DNA from: an uncultured Acidimicrobiaceae bacterium
GTDB taxonomy: Bacteria > Actinomycetota > Acidimicrobiia > Acidimicrobiales > RAAP-2
DNA length: 64,000 bases
Reading direction: 5' to 3'
Assembly (NCBI GenBank): GCA_963779735.1
Contig: CAVZZJ010000009.1
Coordinates: 189,622-253,621, forward strand
The notes beneath the pieces were generated by a model, which had not been told where the DNA came from, made no database searches, and worked only from the letters and a program-made list of their open reading frames with translations. Of the stretch, positions 45,239-55,265 are shown in pieces (position 1 is the stretch's first letter; each line of letters starts with the position of its first letter). The translations under genes and the position numbers were made by a program.

Positions 45239-46185
45239 GTATAGAGCGAGCCCGTGTTGACGACCGGCGACGGTGGCTGGTCGCCACACAGCACCACCAT
45301 CAGGTTGCTCACCATGGCGGCCGTCCGCTCCTCGTCGAGCGAGACGACGCCTCCCTCGCTCAGCCGGTTGAGCGCCATCTCCACCATTCCCACCGCGCCC
45401 TCCACGATGCGCGAGCGGGCCGCCACCACCGCGTTGGCCTGTTGACGCCGCAGCATGGCCTGCGCGATCTCCTGCGCGTAGGCCAGATGGGAGATCCGGA
45501 CCTCGACGATCTCGACGCCGGCAATGGAGACGCGCTCGGCCACCTCGGCCGCCAACTGCGCCGAGACGATGTCGGTGGATCCCCGGAGCGACGTCCCGGC
45601 GCCCGTCGTGTCGTCGTAGGGATGGCTCGTGGCGACATGACGCAGCGCCGACTCGGCCTGCACGGAGACGAAATCCCCGTAGCTGTCCACGGCGTAGGTG
45701 GACCTGGCCGTGTCGGCGACCTGCCAGACGACGATCGCCGCGATCTCGACCGGGTTGCCGTCGGCGTCGTTGACCTTCAGGTGGCCGGTCTCGAAGTTGC
45801 GGACCCTGATGCTGACCCGGCGGCGCGCGGTCAGCGGGGCGACCCACCAAAAGCCGGGGCGGCGGACGGTGCCGATGTAGCGGCCGAAGAACTGGAGCAC
45901 CGAGGTCTGGCCCGGGGGGACGATGACCAGCGACGTGACCACCAAGACGAAGACCACGATCGGCAGCACGATCCACGTCGTGCCGTCCTTGCCGGCGGCC
46001 ACCGCGCCGGCGATGCAGCCGGCGAGCACGATGACGCCGAACCAGCCGATGGCGGCGAAGGCGGGGCGCTCGGTGATGTCGACCCGGGCGCCCTGGTGCC
46101 CGACGGGTGCGGCGGCGGCGCCGGTGGTTCCGGTGGCTCCGGTGGCTCCGGTGGCTCCGGCGATAGGTGATGGGGTGCTGTCCAC
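45235..46185 (-). CDS. SPFH (band 7 / stomatin-prohibitin-flotillin-HflK/C) domain membrane protein
   Basis: 316-aa ORF. It has two N-terminal TM helices and an SPFH core (V.PGQ..V...FG.Y..T...[14 protein letters not shown]). AGGAGG lies upstream of the GTG at 46185. Confidence 0.85.
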   Translation of the reverse strand: MDSTPSPIAGATGATGATGTTGAAAAPVGHQGARVDITERPAFAAIGWFGVIVLAGCIAGAVAAGKDGTTWIVLPIVVFVLVVTSLVIVPPGQTSVLQFFGRYIGTVRRPGFWWVAPLTARRRVSIRVRNFETGHLKVNDADGNPVEIAAIVVWQVADTARSTYAVDSYGDFVSVQAESALRHVATSHPYDDTTGAGTSLRGSTDIVSAQLAAEVAERVSIAGVEIVEVRISHLAYAQEIAQAMLRRQQANAVVAARSRIVEGAVGMVEMALNRLSEGGVVSLDEERTAAMVSNLMVVLCGDQPPSPVVNTGSLYT

Positions 46186-46197
46186 GGTGTTCCTCCT

Positions 46198-46232
46198 GAT
46201 AAAAGTGATATCTAATAGATATCACTTTTATC
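46198..46232. promoter_or_regulatory. 35-bp perfect AT-rich palindrome immediately upstream of the SPFH-RHH operon
   Basis: GATAAAAGTGATATCTA-A-TAGATATCACTTTTATC has 17-bp perfect arms. It abuts the Shine-Dalgarno sequence of the SPFH gene. It is strikingly AT-rich in a GC-rich context. Confidence 0.55.
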
Positions 46233-46327
46233 ACCGGTCGGCTAGCCCCCGATGCCTGGGCGATCCCCGGCGGAGTCCGCCGCGCCGGGCGTCGACGGCG
46301 GATGGTCACCGTGACCGGCACCGCACG

Positions 46328-47242
46328 TCAGCTGCTGATGGTGCCGTCCCTTCCGCCGCCCGGCCGCGCCAGGGAGGCAGCACGCGCCGCCAGGGCCGGG
46401 GCCCGCAGGCGGTGGCACGCTTCGTCGAATGCCGGGGTGGGCCCGCGCCATTCGAGGTCGGCGACCTGTGCCAACAGGGATCGCTCGACCCGGAGCGTGG
46501 CTAGCACGCGAAACAGCTCCACCAGATCGCGCTGGTCCCGCAGAGTGGCCGCCAGCCGTTCCGCCCCGCGGACCGCCTTGCGCACCGCGGGATCCCAGTG
46601 CGCGACGTCGTCCGGAACGGAGTCGAGATGTACGTAGTGCGCCAGGACCACCGCGGCCGAGCGCTTGCCCCACCCGCTCAGGCCGGGGAACCCGTCGGCG
46701 GCATCGCCCACCAGCGCCAGCCAGTCCGGGATGGAGGTGGGCGACACCCCGAACTTGGCCCGTACGCCGTCCTCGTCGATGAGCAGGTCCTTGCGGCGAT
46801 CGAGCTGCACGACCCGGCGTCCGGCCACGCACTGGGACAGGTCCTTGTCCGGCGTGCAGATGATCACCTGCTCGACGCCGTGGTCGTCGGCGGCCACGGC
46901 TGCGGCCGATGCCAGCGCATCGTCGGCTTCGAGGTCGACCATGGGCCAGACCACGACCCCGAGTGCCCAAAGGGCCTCCTCCACCATGTCGAACTGCGAT
47001 CGGAGGACCTCGGGCACCTCCTCCCCGGTCTTGTAGCCCGGCCACAGCTCGTTGCGGAACGAGGGGATCACGTGGTCGGTGGCCACCCCTAGGTGCGTGA
47101 CGCCCCCCTCGAGCATGGCGAGCACCGTGGCGACCACGCCGTAGGTGGCGCCGATCTCCGCTCCGTCCTCGCCCGCCCTCGGAGGCTGCCCGAAGAAGTG
47201 GCGGAACAGCTCGTAGGTCCCGTCGAGGAGATGCACGCGCAC
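46328..47242 (-). CDS. 5'-3' exonuclease (FEN / Pol I N-terminal-domain-like)
   Basis: 304-aa ORF with LLDG....FR, R.E..P.YK, EADD, D.D..Q and GVSP..IPDWLALVGDAADGFPG (H3TH). Confidence 0.85.
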   Translation of the reverse strand: MRVHLLDGTYELFRHFFGQPPRAGEDGAEIGATYGVVATVLAMLEGGVTHLGVATDHVIPSFRNELWPGYKTGEEVPEVLRSQFDMVEEALWALGVVVWPMVDLEADDALASAAAVAADDHGVEQVIICTPDKDLSQCVAGRRVVQLDRRKDLLIDEDGVRAKFGVSPTSIPDWLALVGDAADGFPGLSGWGKRSAAVVLAHYVHLDSVPDDVAHWDPAVRKAVRGAERLAATLRDQRDLVELFRVLATLRVERSLLAQVADLEWRGPTPAFDEACHRLRAPALAARAASLARPGGGRDGTISS

Positions 47243-47258
47243 CGGTTCCGCCCTGGTC

Positions 47259-47768
47259 TCAGGAGGCGGCGCGCGGAGCGAGGGTGACCGACGTGCGGTT
47301 GGTGATGACCCAGCGACCGCTCTCGACTCGCCGGAGCCGATCGCGGAACCTCCCGACGTAGGCGGGGAACGGACGCGCCGACTCGTCCGCCATGAAAACG
47401 ACGAAGTCCGACTCAGCGGTCGCGAGGTCGCCGTCCACCTCGATCAACGGGTTCACGCACAGATGGGCCGTGGTGGGTTGCCGGCGGAGCTCGCCCGGCG
47501 CGGTCCAATGCGGCGGATCGGGCCGCTGCGACCGCGCGATGAACGCCCTGATCGCGTCCTGCCCGACATGCTCCCCATCGCCGGCCTGGAACACGGCCGC
47601 CTCATCGAAGAGCCCCATCAGCTGGTCCATCGCCCGATCGTCGTCGCAGCGCATGAAGCGCTCCAGGACCTCACGGATCGCCAGCTTGTCCAGCCAGACC
47701 TCTTGCCCAAGGTCGTTCTGCGCTCGAGCCACTCTCGGCCTCCTCGTCATCGCTCGGGCGCCCATCAT
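47259..47768 (-). CDS. SnoaL-like / NTF2-fold protein
   Basis: 169-aa ORF with LAIREVLERFMRCDDDRAMDQLMGLFDE.AVF. Exact start uncertain. Confidence 0.65.
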   Translation of the reverse strand: MMGARAMTRRPRVARAQNDLGQEVWLDKLAIREVLERFMRCDDDRAMDQLMGLFDEAAVFQAGDGEHVGQDAIRAFIARSQRPDPPHWTAPGELRRQPTTAHLCVNPLIEVDGDLATAESDFVVFMADESARPFPAYVGRFRDRLRRVESGRWVITNRTSVTLAPRAAS

Positions 47769-47870
47769 TCCACCGCGGCGCGCCGAGCCTCATCTCCTTG
47801 GCCTAAGGGTCGGCCACCCCCACGAGAACGTCGGGCTCCGGTCGGAGGGATCGGCTCCCCCGGGTCCGGT

Positions 47871-48650
47871 TCAGCGCAGGTAGGAGCGGCCGCCGTCGAG
47901 CATCAAGGTCGTCCCGGTCACATAGCGGCTCTGGGGGCCGCACAGGAACACGACACCCTCGCCGACGTCGTCGACCGGATCGCCCATCCGTCGCAACGGC
48001 GTGTTGGCGACGTAGGCCGCCACCCGATCGGGATCGTGCATGATCCACCGGTCCAGCGACTCGGAACCCGACGCAACCGGGCAGATGACGTTGACCCGGA
48101 TGCCCTGGGGGCCCAGCTCCATCGCCGCCGTGCGAGTGAGGGAGCGGATGGCCTCCTGGGCCGCCGAGTAGGCCCCCATCCCGATAGGGGCCAGGAGACC
48201 GGCGCCGGAAGCGACGTTCACGACCGCGCCGTCGCCCCGGGCCAGCATGTGCGGCACGCACGCCTGGGTGAAGCGCAAGGTGCCCATGACGCCGGTCTGC
48301 CAAGACGCCGCCATGACCTCCTCGGTCAGTTCGAGGAACGGCACGTCGACCCGAGGATCGTCGGCCGCGTTCACGAGGATGTCGATCCCGCCGTAGGACT
48401 CGAGCGTCGTGGCGACGCACGCGTCGACATGCTCGGGGAGCTTCACGTCGCACTCCACGGCCATCGCCTCCCCCCCGTCCGCATCGATCACCTTCACCAC
48501 CGCGTCGCACTTGGCCACCGTGCGGCTCGACACGGCCACCCGGGCGCCGGCCCGGGCCAACGCGATGCACACCCCCCGGCCCACGCCCGAGCCACCCCCG
48601 GTCACGATCGCCACCTTGCCGTCGAGAAGCTTCACCGCATCCTCCCTCAT
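47871..48650 (-). CDS. SDR family oxidoreductase
   Basis: TGGGSGVG Rossmann motif, YSAAQ catalytic motif, 259 aa. Its start overlaps the upstream stop. Confidence 0.85.
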   Translation of the reverse strand: MREDAVKLLDGKVAIVTGGGSGVGRGVCIALARAGARVAVSSRTVAKCDAVVKVIDADGGEAMAVECDVKLPEHVDACVATTLESYGGIDILVNAADDPRVDVPFLELTEEVMAASWQTGVMGTLRFTQACVPHMLARGDGAVVNVASGAGLLAPIGMGAYSAAQEAIRSLTRTAAMELGPQGIRVNVICPVASGSESLDRWIMHDPDRVAAYVANTPLRRMGDPVDDVGEGVVFLCGPQSRYVTGTTLMLDGGRSYLR

Positions 48651-49324
48651 TCTGCGCCGGACCTGGCCGACGCGTCGCTCTCCGGCATGGCCGGCGCCGG
48701 TATGGCCTTGAGAAAGTCGTCGACCTCGGTGCCGACGCTCTTGTAGACCATCGTCAGGCAGACATAGCTGCCGACGACGAACGGAAGCTCGAGGAGCTGC
48801 GCCGCGTCGAGATGCTCGGCCAACACGCCCCAGGTGGCTTCGTCAATGGAGTAGCCGTCGACCAGCTGGTCGGCAGCGGAGAGGACGGCGGCCTCCAGAG
48901 GAGACCAGACGCCGGCACGGGGACCGAGCGGGATCGCGCCGATGTCGTCCAGGCTCATCTCTATCCCCATCGCCACCCGCACGTGGTCGAGCCAGAGGTA
49001 GGTGGACGCCGTGCGCCACATGGCCCGCAGGATCGCCAGCTCGCGCAGACGGGGTGGGAGCGCAGGCGAGCGCAGCAGCACGGTGTTGTAGGCCAGCCAC
49101 GCCCCGGCCAGACGGGGGTGGTGCAGCAACGTCGTGACCGAGTTCGGCACCGGCCGCAGGAGCAGCAAGGCGCCGTTCTCCTCGACCGCCCGGCGCGCCT
49201 CGTCGTCCCAACGATCCTCCGGCAGCGGCGGCAGGCGGGCCGGGCTCGTGCTCAACGGTGCCGGCCGCTCGCGGGGGTCTCCACGGCGTTGGAGCCGGGA
49301 GATGACCGGTGCGGAACGCCACAC
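48647..49324 (-). CDS. carboxymuconolactone decarboxylase (AhpD-like) family protein
   Basis: 225-aa ORF with an AhpD-like helical pattern (LRELAILR........Y.W..H). Start uncertain. Confidence 0.6.
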   Translation of the reverse strand: MWRSAPVISRLQRRGDPRERPAPLSTSPARLPPLPEDRWDDEARRAVEENGALLLLRPVPNSVTTLLHHPRLAGAWLAYNTVLLRSPALPPRLRELAILRAMWRTASTYLWLDHVRVAMGIEMSLDDIGAIPLGPRAGVWSPLEAAVLSAADQLVDGYSIDEATWGVLAEHLDAAQLLELPFVVGSYVCLTMVYKSVGTEVDDFLKAIPAPAMPESDASARSGAE

Positions 49325-49491
49325 TCGTACAAGACGCCGGTCTCGCGCACCGGTCCGCTCACGGTCCCCACCGGCCCTCCCTTCCCACGCCCACGCCGCG
49401 CGCGCCGCAACTCCAAACGTGCGCGCCCGATCGGTGGGACTCTAGCCCTTCGGTTGACGGCCCGTTGGAACCGCAGTTAGGTTCCCCGCGG

Positions 49492-50415
49492 ATGGCTCTC
49501 GCGCCCGCCTCCCCCGATTCGACGCGCGTCGGCTGGGTGGGCACGGGCGTGATGGGCTCGTCCATGTGCGGCCACCTGGTACGCCGCGGGTACAAGATCA
49601 CGGTCACCACCAGAACGCGCGCACGCGCCGAGAACCTGCTGGAGGAGGGGGCCGAGTGGGCAGACACGGCGCGCCAGGTCGCAGCGGCGAGCGACGTGGT
49701 CTTCTCCATGGTCGGGTTCCCCGAGGACGTCCGGGAGGTGGTGCTCGGCGAGGCGGGGGCCCTCGGCGGTGCCCGGCCGGGCGCGGTGCTGGTGGACATG
49801 ACCACCAGCGAGCCCTCCCTGGCGGTGGAGATCGCCGAGATCGCCGCGTCCCGCGGCGTGCACACGCTCGACGCGCCCGTGTCGGGTGGCGACGTGGGCG
49901 CCCGCAACGGATCGCTGTCGATCATGGTGGGCGGACCGGCCGACGTCTTCGAGGCGATGCGGCCGTGCTTCGAGACGATGGGCACCACCATCGTTCGCCA
50001 AGGAGAGCACGGGGCGGGTCAGCACACCAAAATGGTCAATCAGATCCTGATCGCCGGCACGATGGTGGCGATGGCCGAAGGGCTCGTCTACGCCTTGCGG
50101 GCGGGGCTCAGCCTCGACGATGTGCTCTCCTCGGTGTCCGGTGGCGCCGCGGGCAGCTGGTCGCTGGCGAACCTGGCCCCGCGGGCGGTGGCCGGCGACT
50201 TCGCCCCGGGCTTTCTCGTCGACCACCTGGTCAAGGACCTCGGCATTGCGTTGGCCGAAGCGAAACGGGCTCGTCTGGCGCTGCCGGGCCTGGCCCTGGC
50301 CGACCAGCTCTACGTCGCCTTGCAGGCACAGGGTCGCGGCCGGGACGGGACGCAGGCGTTGGTGCACGCGCTGGCCTCCCTTTCGGCGTTCGACTGGCCC
50401 GAGACCCCCCGGTGA
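49492..50415 (+). CDS. NAD(P)-dependent oxidoreductase (3-hydroxyisobutyrate dehydrogenase family)
   Basis: ATG at 49492 within ORF 49309..50415, with [17 protein letters not shown] and K.VNQ motifs. Confidence 0.8.
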   Translation: MALAPASPDSTRVGWVGTGVMGSSMCGHLVRRGYKITVTTRTRARAENLLEEGAEWADTARQVAAASDVVFSMVGFPEDVREVVLGEAGALGGARPGAVLVDMTTSEPSLAVEIAEIAASRGVHTLDAPVSGGDVGARNGSLSIMVGGPADVFEAMRPCFETMGTTIVRQGEHGAGQHTKMVNQILIAGTMVAMAEGLVYALRAGLSLDDVLSSVSGGAAGSWSLANLAPRAVAGDFAPGFLVDHLVKDLGIALAEAKRARLALPGLALADQLYVALQAQGRGRDGTQALVHALASLSAFDWPETPR

Positions 50416-50499
50416 GCGGGCGGCAAGAACCCCCGAACGCGTGTCGCCCGGTGGCATAGTGGGGCGGGCGGGACGGGCCGTCGTGACGGGAGGTGGAAG

Positions 50500-51192
50500 A
50501 TGTCCGACGTCTCGCGGGGGCCCGGTTGGTGGATGGCGTCGGACGGCAAGTGGTATCCACCCGAGTCGCACCCGACCTTCCAGCCTCCGCCACCACCTCC
50601 GCCGCCCACGCCCCCTCCGTCGCCCCCGTCACCCTTCTCTGCGCCCCCGTCACCCTTCTCTGCGCCCCCGGGCCCGGGCCCCTATCCGGTCGGCTCTGCC
50701 CCGTACCCCTACGCCGCCTCACCTCCCTCGCTGTCGCCGCCGCTGGCCGACTACGGTCAACGACTCGCCGGGTGGTTGATCGACTGGGTCATCCTGCTCG
50801 TCGTGAGCGTGCCGATCTCCATCCTCACCCACTCCTACCACTACAGCCACCTGGCGACGTCCACTACCAACAACACCAACTTCAGGGTGGGCCTGCCCGG
50901 TGCCCTCCTCTCGCCGCTCATCGTGATCGCCTACGGAACCTTTATGTGCGGCAGCACCCGGGGGCAGACCCTCGGCATGATGATCATGGGGACCAAGGCG
51001 GTGAAGCTCTCCTCGGGAGCCCCCATCGGCTACGGCCCGGCCCTCGGGCGCGCCGCGTTCGAGATGCTCCTGGCCTTCTTGTTGTTCGTGCCGTGGGTCA
51101 TCGACATGCTCTTCCCCCTGTGGGACCGTATGAACCAGACATTGCACGACAAGGTGTCAGGAACGATCGTCTTACGAGTCGAGCGTTCCTAA
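50500..51192 (+). CDS. RDD family membrane protein with Pro-rich N-terminal region
   Basis: N-terminus is GWWMASDGKWYPPE followed by poly-Pro. The RDD core is RL.GWLIDW.I....S ... LHDK..GT.V. It contains a 21-bp tandem duplication at 50627-50668. Confidence 0.75.
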   Translation: MSDVSRGPGWWMASDGKWYPPESHPTFQPPPPPPPPTPPPSPPSPFSAPPSPFSAPPGPGPYPVGSAPYPYAASPPSLSPPLADYGQRLAGWLIDWVILLVVSVPISILTHSYHYSHLATSTTNNTNFRVGLPGALLSPLIVIAYGTFMCGSTRGQTLGMMIMGTKAVKLSSGAPIGYGPALGRAAFEMLLAFLLFVPWVIDMLFPLWDRMNQTLHDKVSGTIVLRVERS

Positions 51193-51219
51193 TCGCCCCT
51201 GAACCACCGAGGAGACGCC

Positions 51220-51873
51220 GTGTCCAAGCTTCAGGTGATCGTCGGCAGCACGCGCCCGACGAGGGCGGCCGAGCGCGTCGTCCCCTGGGTCCTCCGGCGG
51301 GCGTCGGCCCACGGTGCCTTCGACGTCGAACTGCTCGACCTGCGCGAATGGCCGCTGCCGATGTTCGGCGAGCACGCCGGGACCATCGGCGACCGCACCG
51401 ATCCGACCTACTCCGATCCGATCGTGAAGCGTTGGAACCAGAAGGTCAAGGAGGGTGACGCCTACCTGGTCGTCACCCCGGAGTACAACCACAGCGTTCC
51501 CGGTGTCCTGAAGAACGCCATCGACAGCGTGTTCATCTCCTTCGCGCTGCGCAACAAGCCCGTGGCGGTCGTCAGCTACAGCGGAGGAATCGCCGGTGGC
51601 GCCCGGGCCATAGAGCATTTCGCGCACATCGCCATCGAGACCGAAATGGTGCCGCTGCGCAACACCGTGATCATCCCCTATGTCACCGACGCCTTCGGCG
51701 GTGACGGCGAGCCGACCAATCCCCTGACCGACGTCGGCCTCACGGTGGTCCTCGACGACTTGGCGTGGTGGTCGACCGCGCTCGAGCGGGCGCGCGCCAC
51801 GGGCGAGCTGACACCCGGAGCGTTCCGCTTTCGGGCGCTGGCGTCCGCCCTGGCGTCCGAGGACGAGGCCTGA
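51220..51873 (+). CDS. NADPH-dependent FMN reductase family protein
   Basis: LQVIVGSTRP.R, V.TPEYNHS.PG.LKNA.D, 217 aa. Confidence 0.8.
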   Translation: MSKLQVIVGSTRPTRAAERVVPWVLRRASAHGAFDVELLDLREWPLPMFGEHAGTIGDRTDPTYSDPIVKRWNQKVKEGDAYLVVTPEYNHSVPGVLKNAIDSVFISFALRNKPVAVVSYSGGIAGGARAIEHFAHIAIETEMVPLRNTVIIPYVTDAFGGDGEPTNPLTDVGLTVVLDDLAWWSTALERARATGELTPGAFRFRALASALASEDEA

Positions 51874-51886
51874 TCAGGCTGGTTGA

Positions 51887-52336
51887 TCAGGCCGCTGCGT
51901 CGGGCGGGGCGATGGCCAGCAGTTCGGCGAGCAGATCCTCCCAGGGAACGGCCTCCCACCCCGATCGCTCCGCCCTGGCCCTGGCGACGGCGACGGTGTC
52001 GTCGACCCACTGGAGCTCGGCATCCTCGCCCGGGGCGAACATCCCCCCGTCCTTCCGCAGTCCGAAATCGGCGCCGAAGACGCTGTCCTTCTCGAGTTTG
52101 CGGAGCTCCTTGAGATCCTTGACGATGTGGCCTAGGTGCGAGGACGACGGCCCCTCCGCCATGCGGATCGCCCACTCCGCGCAGTGCCATGCCCGCCGGA
52201 AGTCCCCGTGGTGCGTCGTCTTGGCGATGGCGTCGGAGTAGCGCGCCAGCTTCTCCTTCTCCTCGGCGGGAAGGTCCCGCTCGATCTCCTTGACGAAGTA
52301 GCTGATGATCGGTGATGGGCTCTTGACGTCGGACAT
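51887..52336 (-). CDS. hypothetical protein
   Basis: 149-aa ORF with non-shadow, charged and mixed composition. It does not overlap other calls. I recognise no family. Confidence 0.5.
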   Translation of the reverse strand: MSDVKSPSPIISYFVKEIERDLPAEEKEKLARYSDAIAKTTHHGDFRRAWHCAEWAIRMAEGPSSSHLGHIVKDLKELRKLEKDSVFGADFGLRKDGGMFAPGEDAELQWVDDTVAVARARAERSGWEAVPWEDLLAELLAIAPPDAAA

Positions 52337-52499
52337 GGGGGAAATCTACCGGTATCCCCGTAGTGTGCCGTGTGGTCCGGATCGGCAGACGCAGGTCGCA
52401 GCTGCCCGAACAGCGCCGGGCTCGGCGGTTGACCTCGTCGCCATATTGGTGCCACAGTACTGGCATGAAAGTGGCGCACGTCCCGCAGCCAGCGCGGTC

Positions 52500-53705
52500 G
52501 TGACGGCGACAACCACCGCCGGCAACGACGTCTACTACGACCCCTACGACCTCGAGATTTACGCCGACCCGTACCCGGTGTTCCGGCGCCTGCGCGAAGA
52601 GGCGCCGCTGTACACCAACGATGAGTACGGCTTCTACGCCGTCAGCCGTTTCGACGACGTCGAGAAGGGCCTGGTCGACCACTCCACCTTCAGCTCGGCC
52701 CGCGGGGTGATCCTCGAGATGATCACGGCCAACCTCGAGTTCCCCCAGGGCGTGTTCATCATGGAAGACCCGCCGATGCACACCGCCCACCGCGGCGTCC
52801 TCTCGCGGGTGTTCACCCCGAAGAAGATGAACGCTCTGGAGCCGCAGATCCGAGAGTTCTGCGCCGGTGCCCTCGACCCGCTGGTGGGTCGCGGGGGGTT
52901 CGACTTCGTGGCCGATCTGGGCGCGCAGATGCCCATGCGGGTCATCGGGATGCTGCTCGGCATCCCGGAGGACGACCTGCAGGCGATCCGGGCGCACGGC
53001 GACAAACGGCTCCGGCGCGAGCCCGGGCGGCCGAAGGACTTCGAAGGGCACAACCTGGCCGATCCCAGCTTCTTCGGCGACTACATGGAGTGGCGGGCCT
53101 CGCACCCGTCGGACGACCTGATGACCGAGCTGTTGCAGGTCGAGTTCACAGACGAGGCGGGTACCGTGCGGCGCCTGACGCGCGGGGAGATCTTGACCTT
53201 CGTCAACGTCCTGGCCACCGCGGGCAACGAGACGACCAATCGGCTGATCGGCTGGACCGGAAAGGTCCTGGCCGACCACCCCGACCAGCGGCGGGAGCTA
53301 GCCCAGGACCGGTCGCTGATCACCAACGCCATTGAGGAGATCCTGCGGTTCGAGCCGCCGTCCCTCCAGAGCTGTCGCGCCGTCACCCGAGACGTCGAGT
53401 ACTACGGCCAGGCCGTCCCGGCGGGCAGCACCATGATGTTTCTCACCGCCGCGGCCAATCGGGACCACCGGGCCTTTGCGCCCGATGGAGACGTCTTCGA
53501 CATCCATCGCACGATCGGTCACCACGTCGCGTTCGGCTACGGCATCCATTTCTGTCTGGGCGCCGCGCTCGCCCGGCTCGAAGGCCGTATCGCCCTGGAC
53601 GAGGTGCTGAACCGTTTCCCCGACTGGCAGGTGGACACCCACAACGCCCACCTCGACTCGAGCGCGGTCCGAGGATGGGCCACGCTGCCGGTCGTCACCG
53701 ACTGA
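52500..53705 (+). CDS. cytochrome P450
   Basis: GTG at 52500 within ORF 52305..53705. N-terminus is YDPYD..ADPYPVFRRLREEAP. The I-helix is AGNETT, the ExxR motif is EILR, and the heme loop is FGYGIHFCLG. Confidence 0.85.
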   Translation: MTATTTAGNDVYYDPYDLEIYADPYPVFRRLREEAPLYTNDEYGFYAVSRFDDVEKGLVDHSTFSSARGVILEMITANLEFPQGVFIMEDPPMHTAHRGVLSRVFTPKKMNALEPQIREFCAGALDPLVGRGGFDFVADLGAQMPMRVIGMLLGIPEDDLQAIRAHGDKRLRREPGRPKDFEGHNLADPSFFGDYMEWRASHPSDDLMTELLQVEFTDEAGTVRRLTRGEILTFVNVLATAGNETTNRLIGWTGKVLADHPDQRRELAQDRSLITNAIEEILRFEPPSLQSCRAVTRDVEYYGQAVPAGSTMMFLTAAANRDHRAFAPDGDVFDIHRTIGHHVAFGYGIHFCLGAALARLEGRIALDEVLNRFPDWQVDTHNAHLDSSAVRGWATLPVVTD

Positions 53706-53744
53706 CCATCATTTCGGTCAAAGAGCGTCGGGAACGCGACGACC

Positions 53745-54977
53745 TCAGGCAGGCGGCGAGACCGTCACGCCGGGGATGGTGTTCCCGCAGAGCGGCTCCG
53801 CCCCCTTGACCAAGTCGAAGTTCTTGCCCTCCAACTTGCCCACCCAGAAGCAGTGACCGGAGAAGTTGGTCCGGTTGGCCAGGTTAATGGGGTTGTTGCC
53901 GAACAGGCCCAGCGCGTCCCAGGTGTGGATCTTGGACAGGGAGGCGATGACCGAGGCCCCCGTCGGGTTGCTGCCCGCCGTCTTGAGGGCCTGCATCAGC
54001 ATGCCGACCGCGACGTAGGCGTTGTACTCGGACTCGGTGGGCAGACCCTTGATCCCCGCCGCCTTGAGGTCGGCGGCGAACTGCTTGGTGGCCGGCGTGT
54101 TCAGCTCCATGACCTCGTAGGGGTCCTCGAAGGAGACGCCCTGGGCGGCCTGGGCCTCGGCCGCACTGGCCTGGTACGTCACGTCACCGCCGTAGCCGGT
54201 GGCGAGCAGCACCGCCTTGAGCTTGACCCCGTCGAGCTTGAGCTGGTCGATGAGCGCGTACGCCGTGTTGGGGTCGGTCGACATGCTCAGCCCGTTGACG
54301 CCGGCCGCCTTCATGGCCAGGGCGATGGGCGCCACGTTGGTGCTCCCGAAGGGGAACGCCGCGTTGACGTAGCCGGCCTTTATCCCGGCGTGCTCGGCCG
54401 AAGCCGCCGCCCCTTCGGCGGCCTCCGCCGACGACGGCGAGATGGCGTAGCCGATGGAGCCGAGGTTGGTGACCCCCTGGCTCTTGAAGTACTCCCCGCT
54501 GCCCGTGTTCACCAAGCTCGTCTTGGGGATGCCGTAGGCCGAGAACATGTTGTCATCGGTCTGCCATTCCGAGGCGTCCTCGGCCACGCCGAGGACCGGG
54601 GTGTCCTGGGCCTTGAAGAAGGGCGCCGCACCGAACGCCACCGCGGAGACGGCGACCACCGCCAACACGTGGTGCTGCTCCACCAGGCTCTGCCCCGCAG
54701 TGAGCGCGGTCGTGGGACTGGTCGCGGTGTCGCCGACAACGTACTTGAGGTCGTAGCCGTCGCGCTTGGCCAGTTCGACTCCGGCCTGCACGCCCTGCAC
54801 GGTGGTGGCGTTGCCCGAGGCACCGGGCCCGGTGACGTCGGTGAGCACACCGATGGTGATGGGCTTCAAGCTTCCCGAGGCGCCCGCCGTCGCACCACTC
54901 ACGCCAAGGCTCACGCCGCCGGCAACTGTCGCCATGACGGTCGCTGCCGCCAGAAGCCTGCTCATCCTGTGTGCCAT
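53745..54977 (-). CDS. ABC-transporter substrate-binding protein (LivK type), secreted
   Basis: 410-aa ORF with signal peptide MAHRMSRLLAAATVMATVAGG. By eye it is about 80% identical to the ORF at 55266..56498. Confidence 0.85.
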   Translation of the reverse strand: MAHRMSRLLAAATVMATVAGGVSLGVSGATAGASGSLKPITIGVLTDVTGPGASGNATTVQGVQAGVELAKRDGYDLKYVVGDTATSPTTALTAGQSLVEQHHVLAVVAVSAVAFGAAPFFKAQDTPVLGVAEDASEWQTDDNMFSAYGIPKTSLVNTGSGEYFKSQGVTNLGSIGYAISPSSAEAAEGAAASAEHAGIKAGYVNAAFPFGSTNVAPIALAMKAAGVNGLSMSTDPNTAYALIDQLKLDGVKLKAVLLATGYGGDVTYQASAAEAQAAQGVSFEDPYEVMELNTPATKQFAADLKAAGIKGLPTESEYNAYVAVGMLMQALKTAGSNPTGASVIASLSKIHTWDALGLFGNNPINLANRTNFSGHCFWVGKLEGKNFDLVKGAEPLCGNTIPGVTVSPPA

Positions 54978-55100
54978 GCTGCTGCCCCCCTATTTGCCCG
55001 ATCGCTGCTGGATCGGTCCCTGACCAGTGGTTCGCGCGCCCCCCGGGCTGTGTCGGTGACTCAGCCTATCTTAAGACTGGTACCGAAGTGGGTTGCAGGC

Positions 55101-55180
55101 TATCAGGGTCAAGCCGCTCATGGTCGAGCCGCTCATGGTCGAGCCGCTCATGGTCGAGCTGCTCAGGGTCGAGCCGCTCG
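55101..55180. repeat. 15-bp tandem repeat (~5 units, consensus gccgctcatggtcga)
   Basis: Direct reading gives tcagggtcaagcc|gctcatggtcgagcc x3|gctcagggtcgagcc|gctcgg. It lies in the intergenic region between the two SBP paralogs. Confidence 0.75.
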
Positions 55181-55265
55181 GCAGATGCCAACCAGGCTCC
55201 AAATGCACCACCGGCCGCCGGAACCCATGGGTTCCGGCGGCCGGTATGTCACGTAGCTTGCCCGA

